Source of the DNA: Salibacteraceae bacterium
GTDB lineage: Bacteria; Bacteroidota; Bacteroidia; Flavobacteriales_G; Salibacteraceae
Length of the DNA: 64,000 nucleotides
Direction of reading: 5' to 3'
Assembly (NCBI GenBank): GCA_018401875.1
Contig: JAGYJZ010000008.1
Coordinates: 67,090 to 131,089, forward strand
Both the position numbers and the translations under genes were made by a program. The notes under the pieces were generated by a model. That model had not been told where the DNA came from. It was given only the letters and a program-made list of their open reading frames with translations, and did no database searches. This document shows, piece after piece, positions 23,726 through 32,363 of this stretch. Position 1 is the first letter of the stretch. The number at the start of each line of letters is the position of its first letter.

Positions 23726-23955
23726 TGACAACAGCTTTCACATACATTGAATCCAACTTAAAAATCTGGATACTCGCTTCTTTATCGCTCGGATTGGCGC
23801 CATTTTATCCCGAACCACACATTTGGGGAAAGCTAAAATGGTTGGCCGGTGGCGCGGTGGGCATGGGACCGATGGATTGGTTTGACGTAGCACTGCACGG
23901 CACACCTTGGCTGCTCTTAATTCTATCTTTGATTCTCAAATTAAAAAACAAATAA
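23725..23955 (+). CDS. Small two-TM membrane protein, unknown function (76 aa)
   Basis: The start overlaps the thioredoxin stop codon (TAATG). It has hydrophobic segments at both ends. I chose the internal ATG over the track's 23662. Confidence 0.45.
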   Translation: MTTAFTYIESNLKIWILASLSLGLAPFYPEPHIWGKLKWLAGGAVGMGPMDWFDVALHGTPWLLLILSLILKLKNK

Positions 23956-23956
23956 C

Positions 23957-24331
23957 ATGAAATACCTTTTATCGCTAAGCCTTGCATTGACCTTACTATC
24001 ATGCGGAGCTCAAAACCAACAAAATGCTGACGGTTCTTTTGTAGACGTGAGCAACGAACAAGCCAAAGAATTAATGGCAACAAGTGATGATTTACAAATC
24101 ATTGATGTGCGCACCGATGGCGAAGTTGCGCAAGGAATCATTGAAGGCGCAGTTCAAATCGACATTTCAAAACCAAGCTTCGAAAGTGCCCTTGAAAAGT
24201 TAGACAAGAGCAAGCCTGTTTTAGTCTACTGCGCTGCGGGCGGACGCAGTAAACAAGCTCAAAACATTATGAAGGAAAAAGGGTTTCAAAATATAGCCAA
24301 TCTAAAACACGGTTACAACGGTTGGAAATAA
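23957..24331 (+). CDS. Rhodanese-like domain lipoprotein
   Basis: Lipoprotein signal LTLLSC. The active-site loop is YCAAGGRSKQA. Confidence 0.8.
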   Translation: MKYLLSLSLALTLLSCGAQNQQNADGSFVDVSNEQAKELMATSDDLQIIDVRTDGEVAQGIIEGAVQIDISKPSFESALEKLDKSKPVLVYCAAGGRSKQAQNIMKEKGFQNIANLKHGYNGWK

Positions 24332-24347
24332 CTAGCACACAATTTCG

Positions 24348-25232
24348 ATGGAGAAGTACATAGCCGTTTTCTTACAGTCCTTTTCAGATTTCGCGGGATA
24401 CACATGGCGTGAAATCACGTTTCAGGTTGACCCTTGGTACGTCAATTATTTTTGGTGGCTCGTGCTGCTTTCGCTGGTGGTGTGGGCGCTTGAAGCTGCA
24501 TTTCCCTGGCGAAAAAACCAAGCCATTATTCGCAAAGACTTTTGGTTGGATACGTTCTATATGTTCTTCAACTTCTACCTCTTCAAGATCATCATCTTCA
24601 TGGCGTTTTCTAACGTCAGCGAGATGTTTTTCAAAAACATATTGGGTGGCGATTTGAGCAGGTTCATCTTGCTCGACACATCGGGCATGAATTGGTGGCT
24701 GCAATTGCTGATATTTTTTGTAGCTACCGACTTTATTCAGTGGTTTACCCATGTGATGCTGCATCGCTTTGACGTGCTTTGGAAATTTCACAAAGTGCAT
24801 CACTCTGTTGAAGAAATGGGATTTGCCGCACACTTACGCTACCACTGGATGGAAAATGTATTCTACACTCCGATGAAATACATCGCAGTGATGCTCATCG
24901 GTGGGTTTACACCCGAGCAGGCTTACATTGTTTTCTACTTTGCCATTGCTATCGGTCACCTCAACCACGCCAATATTCACCTCACCTATGGTCCGCTGAA
25001 ATACATCTTCAATAATCCAGTGATGCACCTCTGGCACCACGCCTACACCCTACCCGAAAACCGAAGGTATGGAGTCAATTACGGCATTACGTTGAGCGTT
25101 TGGGACTACATCTTTCGCACGGCAAGCATTCCGAAAGTCGATGGCGAAATCAAATTGGGTTATGCTGATATGGAAAAGCTCCCACGAAGCTTTTGGGGCC
25201 AGTTGATCTACGGGTTCAAAAAAGGGGATTAA
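24348..25232 (+). CDS. Sterol desaturase / fatty acid hydroxylase family membrane protein
   Basis: His boxes HVMLHR, HKVHHS and HLWHH are present in a polytopic protein. Confidence 0.8.
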   Translation: MEKYIAVFLQSFSDFAGYTWREITFQVDPWYVNYFWWLVLLSLVVWALEAAFPWRKNQAIIRKDFWLDTFYMFFNFYLFKIIIFMAFSNVSEMFFKNILGGDLSRFILLDTSGMNWWLQLLIFFVATDFIQWFTHVMLHRFDVLWKFHKVHHSVEEMGFAAHLRYHWMENVFYTPMKYIAVMLIGGFTPEQAYIVFYFAIAIGHLNHANIHLTYGPLKYIFNNPVMHLWHHAYTLPENRRYGVNYGITLSVWDYIFRTASIPKVDGEIKLGYADMEKLPRSFWGQLIYGFKKGD

Positions 25233-25335
25233 TCATAAAGGAAAACTTTTATTTGTCACGACTTCACTTAAAGTATAGTATTGAACTTGAATTCAAGTAA
25301 GACTGGCCTTGGAAATAATGAGTGTTCTGATTGAA

Positions 25336-25403
25336 GTGAAGACTTAGTGAGACCGGGAAGCTCTGCTGGAAGCGGAGATCACCCGGCCGAACTTAGTCTT
25401 CAC
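25336..25403 (+). ncRNA. Candidate structured RNA: 68-nt imperfect hairpin
   Basis: The outer stem is gtgaagacttagt / acttagtcttcac (13 bp with 1 mismatch). The inner stems are ccggg/cccgg and ctctgc/gcggag, closing a UGGAA loop. An intrinsic terminator follows directly. Confidence 0.25.
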
Positions 25404-25404
25404 A

Positions 25405-25426
25405 ATAAGCAGGATGCTTATTTTTT
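25405..25426 (+). terminator. Rho-independent terminator
   Basis: Stem ataagca/tgcttat, loop gga, then T6. Confidence 0.6.
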
Positions 25427-25602
25427 CCACAGCCTTGATTTTTGCTCCACTTTTCATCAAGGAAAAGTGGAATAAGCTAAAAAAGAAGATATACTAACAT
25501 TGTTTACATCATTATTCGATGTGTGCTGCAGCTAAATCGATTACTCAATACTCGCGCATATCAATTGCGGAGCACTATATTTGATCGCATAGAAAAAAAA
25601 GT

Positions 25603-26274
25603 ATGGATTCAGAGATCAAAGACTTGCTTCACAAACAATTTCCAAGTTTTGATGAAGCCTTGGTAGAGCGATTGGCCGAAATTGGCACTATAAAATCGTT
25701 TGAGGAAGGAGAAGAAATGATGCGCACAGGTCAGTATTTCAGATCTACCATGCTCATCGTTGACGGATTGGTGAAACTCTACCGCGAAGGTGAAAATGGA
25801 GGCGAATTTTTTGTCTATTACATCGAACCAGGAAATGCCTGCGCGCTTTCGATGGTATGCGCTTCGCAACAAAAAACCTCAGAATTGATGGCCAAAGCCA
25901 TGACTGCCAGCAAGGCGATTATGGTGCCCATCGACAAGATGGATAATTTGATGCTCGACCATAAATCGTGGTATTATTTCGTACTCGAAACCTACCGCGC
26001 TCGATTCGAAGAAATGCTCACTGTGGTGGATGCCATCGCGTTTAAAGCCATGGACGAGCGTCTCGAATTCTACTTGATCAACCAAGCCCGCACGTTGGAA
26101 ACTACGATTATAAAAACCACGCACCAAGAAATAGCCAACGACCTCAACACTTCCCGCGAAGTGATTTCACGCCTCCTCAAAAAAATGGAGCAAAACGGCA
26201 TGATCTCTTTGCACCGGAATCAAATTGACATGGCTCCTTTGTTGAAAATGTGTAGTCATGCCCACAGCCTTTAA
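25603..26274 (+). CDS. Crp/Fnr family transcriptional regulator
   Basis: It has an N-terminal cNMP-binding-like beta-roll and a C-terminal HTH, THQEIANDLNTSREVISRLLKKMEQNGMISL. Confidence 0.85.
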   Translation: MDSEIKDLLHKQFPSFDEALVERLAEIGTIKSFEEGEEMMRTGQYFRSTMLIVDGLVKLYREGENGGEFFVYYIEPGNACALSMVCASQQKTSELMAKAMTASKAIMVPIDKMDNLMLDHKSWYYFVLETYRARFEEMLTVVDAIAFKAMDERLEFYLINQARTLETTIIKTTHQEIANDLNTSREVISRLLKKMEQNGMISLHRNQIDMAPLLKMCSHAHSL

Positions 26275-27016
26275 GGCATACCGCTCTTCGTTCGGCTTTT
26301 TGAAGCAACATCACTTGATGTGGTTTTTGTGGTTTCCGCTGATCATTACGTTCTTGGTCTTCTTTGGCGGATTCAGCCTAACATCGTGGGCTACTGAAAA
26401 CATATCTGGTCTTTTACGCGATGCCTTACAAAACATCACATGGCTGCCCGAATGGGCGGGATTTGTAAACGATTTGCTGTACTGGCTGCTGTGGATTATC
26501 CTCCGGGTCTTGCTGTATTTCACCTTTGCTTTTGTAGGTGGATCGGTCATACTCTTGCTCATGGCACCTGTTTTAACTTGGCTCAGCGAGCGCGTTGGCG
26601 AAGCACTGGGCAATAAAAGTGTCGCATTTAGCATCACCCAATTTACGCGCGACCTCACGCGAGCAGCCGCGCTAGCGCTGCGCAATGGCTTCTATCAAAT
26701 CGTGCTTTCGGTACTTTGTTTTGGAATCGGTTTTATACCGATTATAGGGGCTGCAGCACCCTTCATTCTCTTTGCAGTGAACGCCTATTTCTATGGCTAC
26801 AACTTTATGGACTACTCGCTCGAGCGAAAGCAGTTTTCTGCCCGAGAAAGCAATCGTTTTGTTTGGAAGAATAAATTCTCGTCACTGACCCTTGGCGCTC
26901 CATTTGCATTTTGGAATTTAATTCCATTCATTGGACCAATGACATCGGGATTTGTAGCCGTGTTTGCCACTGTGGCAGCAACCATCGAAGTTGAACGCAT
27001 CACTCAGAAACCATGA
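26258..27016 (+). CDS. EI24 / CysZ-like membrane protein
   Basis: 252 aa and polytopic. The N-terminus (FKAYRSSFGFLKQHHLMWF) and the topology resemble the EI24/CysZ family. It overlaps the Crp/Fnr gene by 17 nt. Confidence 0.6.
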   Translation: MPTAFKAYRSSFGFLKQHHLMWFLWFPLIITFLVFFGGFSLTSWATENISGLLRDALQNITWLPEWAGFVNDLLYWLLWIILRVLLYFTFAFVGGSVILLLMAPVLTWLSERVGEALGNKSVAFSITQFTRDLTRAAALALRNGFYQIVLSVLCFGIGFIPIIGAAAPFILFAVNAYFYGYNFMDYSLERKQFSARESNRFVWKNKFSSLTLGAPFAFWNLIPFIGPMTSGFVAVFATVAATIEVERITQKP

Positions 27017-27654
27017 TAAAAAACCCCGTTTACTTTCTAGTGGCGATAGTTTTCGTGTTGAGTTTTGATGCGTGCAAGCGCGATGATTCTAAGAAAACCC
27101 GAGAAATTATCACGCTCTTTCGCGAGGAGTTTGAAAAACCCAATACATGGATCAAATACAAATGGAACAGCTCTGAATTCGTGCAAGACACCGCGCAATC
27201 ACTTTACGTTAATGGTGCACTCGAATTGCGCGCTGACGGCAGCCATGGTTGTGATCAAGAAAAAGCTGAGCGAAACTTTCATGTAACTCCGAACATTCAA
27301 GAAGCGCTCAACACCAACGACACGATGTTTTTCAGTATGGTCAGTTCTTCGAGCATCGAAGCTTCTGGCCAACTGAGTGCTATTTTCCAGTTCAATAATT
27401 TCAACTTGCGGATCGAATTAGAGAATGAACCACGAAGAGAGCAGTTCGACATTCTGCTTGTAAATTGGGTGGTGAAGGAAGTAAAGCGCGACTCAGCGTT
27501 GATCAATAATTACAACATCACAGCATCAAAAGGGACTGTAAGTGGCAGCGGAGCCATTATCGTTGCAAATGCGTGTGCGGGCGACACCAATGCGCGAGCT
27601 GCGCTAGGAATTGAGCGTTTTTCGCTCAGTTACCCCAAGTCAACTATAGATTGA
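27013..27654 (+). CDS. Hypothetical lipoprotein
   Basis: Lipoprotein signal ..LSFDAC and an ATGA overlap with the upstream gene. I recognised no family. Confidence 0.5.
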   Translation: MIKNPVYFLVAIVFVLSFDACKRDDSKKTREIITLFREEFEKPNTWIKYKWNSSEFVQDTAQSLYVNGALELRADGSHGCDQEKAERNFHVTPNIQEALNTNDTMFFSMVSSSSIEASGQLSAIFQFNNFNLRIELENEPRREQFDILLVNWVVKEVKRDSALINNYNITASKGTVSGSGAIIVANACAGDTNARAALGIERFSLSYPKSTID

Positions 27655-28243
27655 ACCCGTTAAACTGAAACCGTTCGATGATTTTCCTCCCGTTTTTTGC
27701 ATGCACCGAAAGGGATTCATCATTGCTTGTATAGGTGAGAATGAACACCACGCCATCGTTCATCTCCATCATCTGCACGAAGTACAAATCCATGCGTTCT
27801 TGTGTAGCAGTGTACGTCAACCAATAGCGCTCATCCTTTTGCTCGATGTTTAAATCCCGCAAGTCAGTCATGTATTGTTCGAGCACATCCTCAGAATTCT
27901 TGACGTAGTCAAACAAAGTCATATTCATGGATGAAATGTCTTCCTTCACTAAATTCACATTCTCTCTAAAAAGGTCATTGTTGTTATCGCGCGGGGAAAA
28001 TAAAATGAAGGTAGTATTCATCCTTCCTGTCACGTCCATCTCCCATTCTTGCGGGGCATACACGGTGTATTCTTTGTGGTCGTATTCTGCCCAGCCATCG
28101 GCACCAATGGTCAATTGTTCGGCTTCCTGAGCGGGAGCAGATTCTTCTAATTCCGTTTCAACTTCTTTGCTTGATTGCTCAGAGCAAGCGCTCATGAATG
28201 CAACCACCACCAACATCGCTATCCATTTCACGTTCATCTTCAT
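27644..28243 (-). CDS. Hypothetical lipoprotein
   Basis: I chose the internal start MKMNVKWIAMLVVVAFMSAC, which removes the overlap with the upstream gene. The fold is unknown. Confidence 0.5.
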   Translation of the reverse strand: MKMNVKWIAMLVVVAFMSACSEQSSKEVETELEESAPAQEAEQLTIGADGWAEYDHKEYTVYAPQEWEMDVTGRMNTTFILFSPRDNNNDLFRENVNLVKEDISSMNMTLFDYVKNSEDVLEQYMTDLRDLNIEQKDERYWLTYTATQERMDLYFVQMMEMNDGVVFILTYTSNDESLSVHAKNGRKIIERFQFNGFNL

Positions 28244-28244
28244 T

Positions 28245-28862
28245 TTATTTTTTTGGATCGAAAGGTTTCCAATCCAAGGTTCGTATGAAGGCATCCATTT
28301 CAGATTCAAAACGCCTCAACTCTTTTGGAGCATTAAGACGGTCATACACCCATTGTAGTTCGCTATCGGTTTGTAAAATTGTTAATGTGGACGGCAAATC
28401 AGTGACATTGGCATCGTACACATGATCAAACGAAAAATAACCTGTTTCTAGGGCTTTGTCTTCGATGAACTGCATTTGCGCGGGTGTTAACTGAGTCTCG
28501 TGAAATCCTTCAAAGTCGAAAAATCGTTTTGCTTCGATCACTGCGCGTCCAGCGGTGTCGATGTCGAGGTTATATACCGGACATTGACCATAGCACGCTG
28601 ATCTGTACATGCCAAAATACATCGATGCGGTAATGTATGGACGGTGACGATCAATTTGGGCAGCCTTCAGCGCTATGGAATCTGGAGCGTTGTATTGATC
28701 CTCTGCTTCCTCGGCAATTTCAGTATCGTCTGAAGGAGCAACCGCAGGCGCCACCTCGGTATTCGCAGCTTGTTGATCGTTCTTTTCTGCGCTCTTCTTG
28801 GAATTTTTACATCCAATAAGAAAAACTATAACTGCCAAAGAAAGCGCTGCCCTGACCTTCAT
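28245..28862 (-). CDS. Hypothetical lipoprotein with a CYGQCPVY motif (DUF6438-like)
   Basis: Lipoprotein signal ..FLIGC, then a low-complexity acidic linker, then the SACYGQCPVYNLDID motif. The family call is from memory. Confidence 0.5.
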   Translation of the reverse strand: MKVRAALSLAVIVFLIGCKNSKKSAEKNDQQAANTEVAPAVAPSDDTEIAEEAEDQYNAPDSIALKAAQIDRHRPYITASMYFGMYRSACYGQCPVYNLDIDTAGRAVIEAKRFFDFEGFHETQLTPAQMQFIEDKALETGYFSFDHVYDANVTDLPSTLTILQTDSELQWVYDRLNAPKELRRFESEMDAFIRTLDWKPFDPKK

Positions 28863-28867
28863 TTGCT

Positions 28868-30760
28868 TTATTTTTTTGGAGATTGGATTCCTCTGTTTTG
28901 AGCCATTTTTTCGAGCCTTTGTTGAAGGCCTGATTTTTTCGTGGGCTTCTTTTTATTCGCTTGAATTTTTGCGTGAATCTTGTCTTCGTCAATGAAGAAT
29001 CGCTTGATAATGAATTGCTGCAACATCGTGATCACGTTGGCAGAAAGGTAATAGTAGCTCAACCCTGACGAATAACTATTAAAGAAGAACAAGAGCATGA
29101 ATGGCATCAAGTAAATCATCATTTTCATCTGTGGCATTTGAGCGTTGGCACCGCCTGACATGTCCATGTTGTATTTCGAGTAGAAGAACGTTGAAATGGC
29201 CATCAAAATGGTGAATAAACTCACGTGGTCGCCATAGAAAGGAATTTCAAAAGGCAGTTGCATGATCGAGTCGTAAGAACTCAAATCTTCTGCCCATAAA
29301 AACGATTCTTGCCTCAGCTCGATGCTCGCGGGAAAGAATCGAAACATGGCGTATAATATCGGCAACTGCAAAAGCATCGGGACACATCCCGCCATCGGAT
29401 TTACGCCCGCTTGGCGATACAAGCCCATCACGGCCTGCTGCTTCTGCATGGCGTCTTTATTTTCGAACTTCTTGTTCAGCTCGTCAATCTCAGGTTTCAA
29501 TACGCGCATTCTGGCGCTGGAAACATAATTTCTCCAAGTAAGAGGAAACAAGAGCAACTTAATAATGATGGTCAAAATCAGGATGATGATTCCGTAGCCC
29601 AAAGTCGTGTATGTCTCAAGGAAATTGAAGATCGGGATCACCAACCAACGGTTTACCCAACCAAAAATGGTCCATCCCAAATCAATTTGATCTTCCAGAC
29701 CAATGCCCATATTGTTGAGGGTTTGGTAGTGGTTTGGACCGATGTAAAATTTAAATGGAACCGATGGGTCGCGTTCATTTCCAAACTCTAAGCCCAACGA
29801 TGCAGAAAGGCCTTTTGTGTATTTTTCATCCGTCAACTCAATGGTTTCCACTGAAGCACCTTCTTTGCTAAACCCTTTATCAGAAATAAGAGCCGCAGAG
29901 AAAAACTGCTGCTTGAAAGCCACCCATTGCACAGATGCTTCGAGCACTTCAGCTTCGTAGCTGGTTTCAGAAACATAATCGGCATCATCGGTCATGTACT
30001 TGTAATACATGGTCGTTTTCATCTGCTCTTGTTCGCGGCTCTTTTCATGAAATGGCGCGTTCATACTCCAATTCAATTCAAACAAATCATCGCTCGAACG
30101 AAGTAAATTATCCATTCCCACCACCGTCACTTCAGCTTGCACCATATAAGATTTGCCTTCTTCGATGGAATAAGTCAATTCTAAATACTGGCTGTTGTTG
30201 TCGCCATAAATGCGATAAACAGCTGTCGATTCTGTCATCTCTCCCGGCACCTCTTCAAAGTAGAGTTCAGCGCTTGAAAGCTCAGTGTTTTGATCGAGCC
30301 AGAACTTTAAATTGAAGGAAGAGGTTTCTTTGTCAAACAGAAACAGCGGCATTGAATCGTAGGTTACATATTCAACCAACTCTGCCGTAACCGGAGCTGC
30401 ACCTTTATTCGAAAGGGTAAACTTGACGAAATCGTTTTGAATGGTATGCAGTTTTTCTTCACCGCTTGCTGCTGCAGCAAAGGATCCAAAGCGTTGCTTG
30501 TTTTTGATTTTGTCTAAGGAATCCTGGAGGGCTTGAGCCACTGAATCAAGTTGCACGTCATTCCGCTTCACAGTATCAGCGGAAGCAATGTTCGCTTCCG
30601 TCATTCGCGCAGCGCGATCTTCAGCTGCCTGCACGGCCGCAATGCTGTCTTGAACGCGGTTTTGAGCTTCAATCTCCTCAGACGATGGTTGCATCCAAAA
30701 GCTATATCCAATCAGAATAGCCCCAATTAAAACCAACCCTGTTAACGTATTTCTATCCAT
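28868..30760 (-). CDS. yidC: Membrane protein insertase YidC
   Basis: 630 aa with the N-terminal anchor MDRNTLTGLVLIGAILIGYSFW and a large periplasmic domain. The C-terminal 60-kDa insertase core includes GCVPMLLQLPILYAMF. Confidence 0.9.
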   Translation of the reverse strand: MDRNTLTGLVLIGAILIGYSFWMQPSSEEIEAQNRVQDSIAAVQAAEDRAARMTEANIASADTVKRNDVQLDSVAQALQDSLDKIKNKQRFGSFAAAASGEEKLHTIQNDFVKFTLSNKGAAPVTAELVEYVTYDSMPLFLFDKETSSFNLKFWLDQNTELSSAELYFEEVPGEMTESTAVYRIYGDNNSQYLELTYSIEEGKSYMVQAEVTVVGMDNLLRSSDDLFELNWSMNAPFHEKSREQEQMKTTMYYKYMTDDADYVSETSYEAEVLEASVQWVAFKQQFFSAALISDKGFSKEGASVETIELTDEKYTKGLSASLGLEFGNERDPSVPFKFYIGPNHYQTLNNMGIGLEDQIDLGWTIFGWVNRWLVIPIFNFLETYTTLGYGIIILILTIIIKLLLFPLTWRNYVSSARMRVLKPEIDELNKKFENKDAMQKQQAVMGLYRQAGVNPMAGCVPMLLQLPILYAMFRFFPASIELRQESFLWAEDLSSYDSIMQLPFEIPFYGDHVSLFTILMAISTFFYSKYNMDMSGGANAQMPQMKMMIYLMPFMLLFFFNSYSSGLSYYYLSANVITMLQQFIIKRFFIDEDKIHAKIQANKKKPTKKSGLQQRLEKMAQNRGIQSPKK

Positions 30761-30856
30761 TTCTAATGCTCGCTAATTTGAGGCGGCAAAGGTATGTTTT
30801 CACCCTTAGTTGAACATTGATTTCATGGATAAGTGGAAAAGAAGCGCCAAGACTGG

Positions 30857-30912
30857 AAAAAAAAGAACCGAGACGGCATCGAATCTTGCAGATTTCGTGC
30901 CTGTCTCGGTTC
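30857..30912 (-). terminator. Rho-independent terminator downstream of the M42 peptidase gene
   Basis: On the minus strand, the hairpin gaaccgagacaggca...tgccgtctcggttc is followed by U8. Confidence 0.55.
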
Positions 30913-30933
30913 AAATGAAAAACTGATTTTCAG

Positions 30934-32055
30934 TTATTTAATGTATCTGAAATCGTGGTTGTTTTCAATTTTCAACAACGATTGATAGATCAATCGAATC
31001 ACGCTTTCTACGTCATTGCGATGCACCATTTCAACCGTGGTGTGCATATAGCGCAGCGGCAATGATATCAATGCCGAAGCCACTCCACCCGCGCCAAACG
31101 CAAATGCGTCAGTATCGGTGCCGGTGTATCTGCTGGCAGCCATGCGCTGGAAGTCGATGTTGTTGTCTTTGGCGGCTCCAATGATTAATTTCAACAAGTT
31201 GTTCTGCACCGCGGGCGCATAGCTCAACACAGGGCCATCGCCCGATTTGAAATCGCCTTGCTCGAGTTTGTTCATCATCGGTGTGGTGGTGTCATGACAC
31301 ACATCAGTTACGATGGCTACGTTCGGACGCAAGCGCTCAACGATCATCTCAGCACCGCGCAGGCCAATTTCTTCCTGCACCGAGTTGACGATGTACAATC
31401 CAAACGGCAATTTCTTTTTATTCTCTTTGAGCATGCGTGCCACTTCAGCGATCATGAATCCTCCGATGCGGTTGTCGAGCGCTCGACCCACAAAATGGAC
31501 CTTGTTAAGTACGATAAACTCGTCAGGATAAGTAATCACACAACCAACGTGAACGCCCATTTCTTCGACTTCCTTTTTTGATCGAGCACCGCAGTCTAAC
31601 CAAATGTTTGAAACCTTAGGAATGTCTTCTTTTTCGGATTTGCGCACGTGAATCGCTGGCCAGCCAAACACCGCTGTTACCGGACCTTTGTCTGTATGAA
31701 TGATCACTCGCTTTGAAGGTGCTATCTGGTGGTCAGAACCTCCGTTGCGCTTTACGTAAATCATTCCGTCATCGGTTATGTAGTGCACAAACCATGAAAT
31801 CTCATCGGCATGCGCCTCAATCACCACTTTAAATTCAGCATCAGGATTGATAATGCCCACTGCTGTTCCGTAAGTATCAACGATGTAATCGTCAATGTAA
31901 GGCTTCATGTATTCGAGCCAAATTTTTTGTCCTTCGGCTTCGAATCCTGTGGGCGAAGGGTTATTTAAATACTTTTCTAAAAATTTCATCGATTTGTCCG
32001 TCAACACTTTCGGTGCTGATGCCTTGGCGCTCTTTGCTTTATCTGTCTTTGCCAT
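30934..32055 (-). CDS. M42 family metallopeptidase (glutamyl aminopeptidase / FrvX-like)
   Basis: The motifs AHADEISW, GRALDNRIGG, VQEEIGLRGA and the C-terminal ..PLRYMHTTVE are typical of M42. I chose the start at MAKTDKAK. Confidence 0.85.
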   Translation of the reverse strand: MAKTDKAKSAKASAPKVLTDKSMKFLEKYLNNPSPTGFEAEGQKIWLEYMKPYIDDYIVDTYGTAVGIINPDAEFKVVIEAHADEISWFVHYITDDGMIYVKRNGGSDHQIAPSKRVIIHTDKGPVTAVFGWPAIHVRKSEKEDIPKVSNIWLDCGARSKKEVEEMGVHVGCVITYPDEFIVLNKVHFVGRALDNRIGGFMIAEVARMLKENKKKLPFGLYIVNSVQEEIGLRGAEMIVERLRPNVAIVTDVCHDTTTPMMNKLEQGDFKSGDGPVLSYAPAVQNNLLKLIIGAAKDNNIDFQRMAASRYTGTDTDAFAFGAGGVASALISLPLRYMHTTVEMVHRNDVESVIRLIYQSLLKIENNHDFRYIK

Positions 32056-32148
32056 ATAATTTTTGAATTGAACTCCGAAAGTAAGAAGCCTCACCGACTT
32101 CTGAACTACTTGCGTTCATATATGTTTAAGTTGCAGATTTGCACACGT

Positions 32149-32331
32149 ATGTTTACCACAGGAAGAATCATTTTTGCCCTTGTATTTGCCGTATCCTTTT
32201 TGGGATATTTGGTTTGGGCGTACCGAAAAGACGCAAAACTTTCGAAAAAATATTACAAGGGCGCAGGCTTTATATTATTGATTCTCATTGGAATATGGTT
32301 ATTGTTTTACGGATTTGTGCGCTTAACCTAA
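32149..32331 (+). CDS. Small two-TM membrane protein
   Basis: Reads MFTTGRIIFALVFAVSFLGYLVWAYRK...ILLILIGIWLLFYGF. I chose the internal ATG. No family recognised. Confidence 0.4.
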   Translation: MFTTGRIIFALVFAVSFLGYLVWAYRKDAKLSKKYYKGAGFILLILIGIWLLFYGFVRLT

Positions 32332-32363
32332 ACCAAGCGCTAGAATTTCCGTAACCTAGCACT

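Noticed and set aside
24384-24833. A 149-aa minus-strand ORF antisense to the sterol desaturase gene. Similar antisense ORFs lie at 26311-26685, 29411-29791, 40018-40413 and 46031-46441.
   Set aside because: Each lies entirely within a better-supported gene on the other strand, and each has a low-complexity or basic composition with no recognisable motifs.
25336-25403. Possible 4.5S/SRP RNA. It is a long hairpin of ~70-95 nt with a GGAA-containing apical loop and AAG/AUCA internal loops.
   Set aside because: The near-invariant SRP domain IV signature (a GNRA tetraloop closed by a 3-bp stem next to the AGCA/GGAAGCAGC loop) is absent. Here the apical stem is 6 bp, the loop is 5 nt (UGGAA), and the 3' internal loop is AUCA rather than AGCA. 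I kept it only as a generic structured-RNA candidate.
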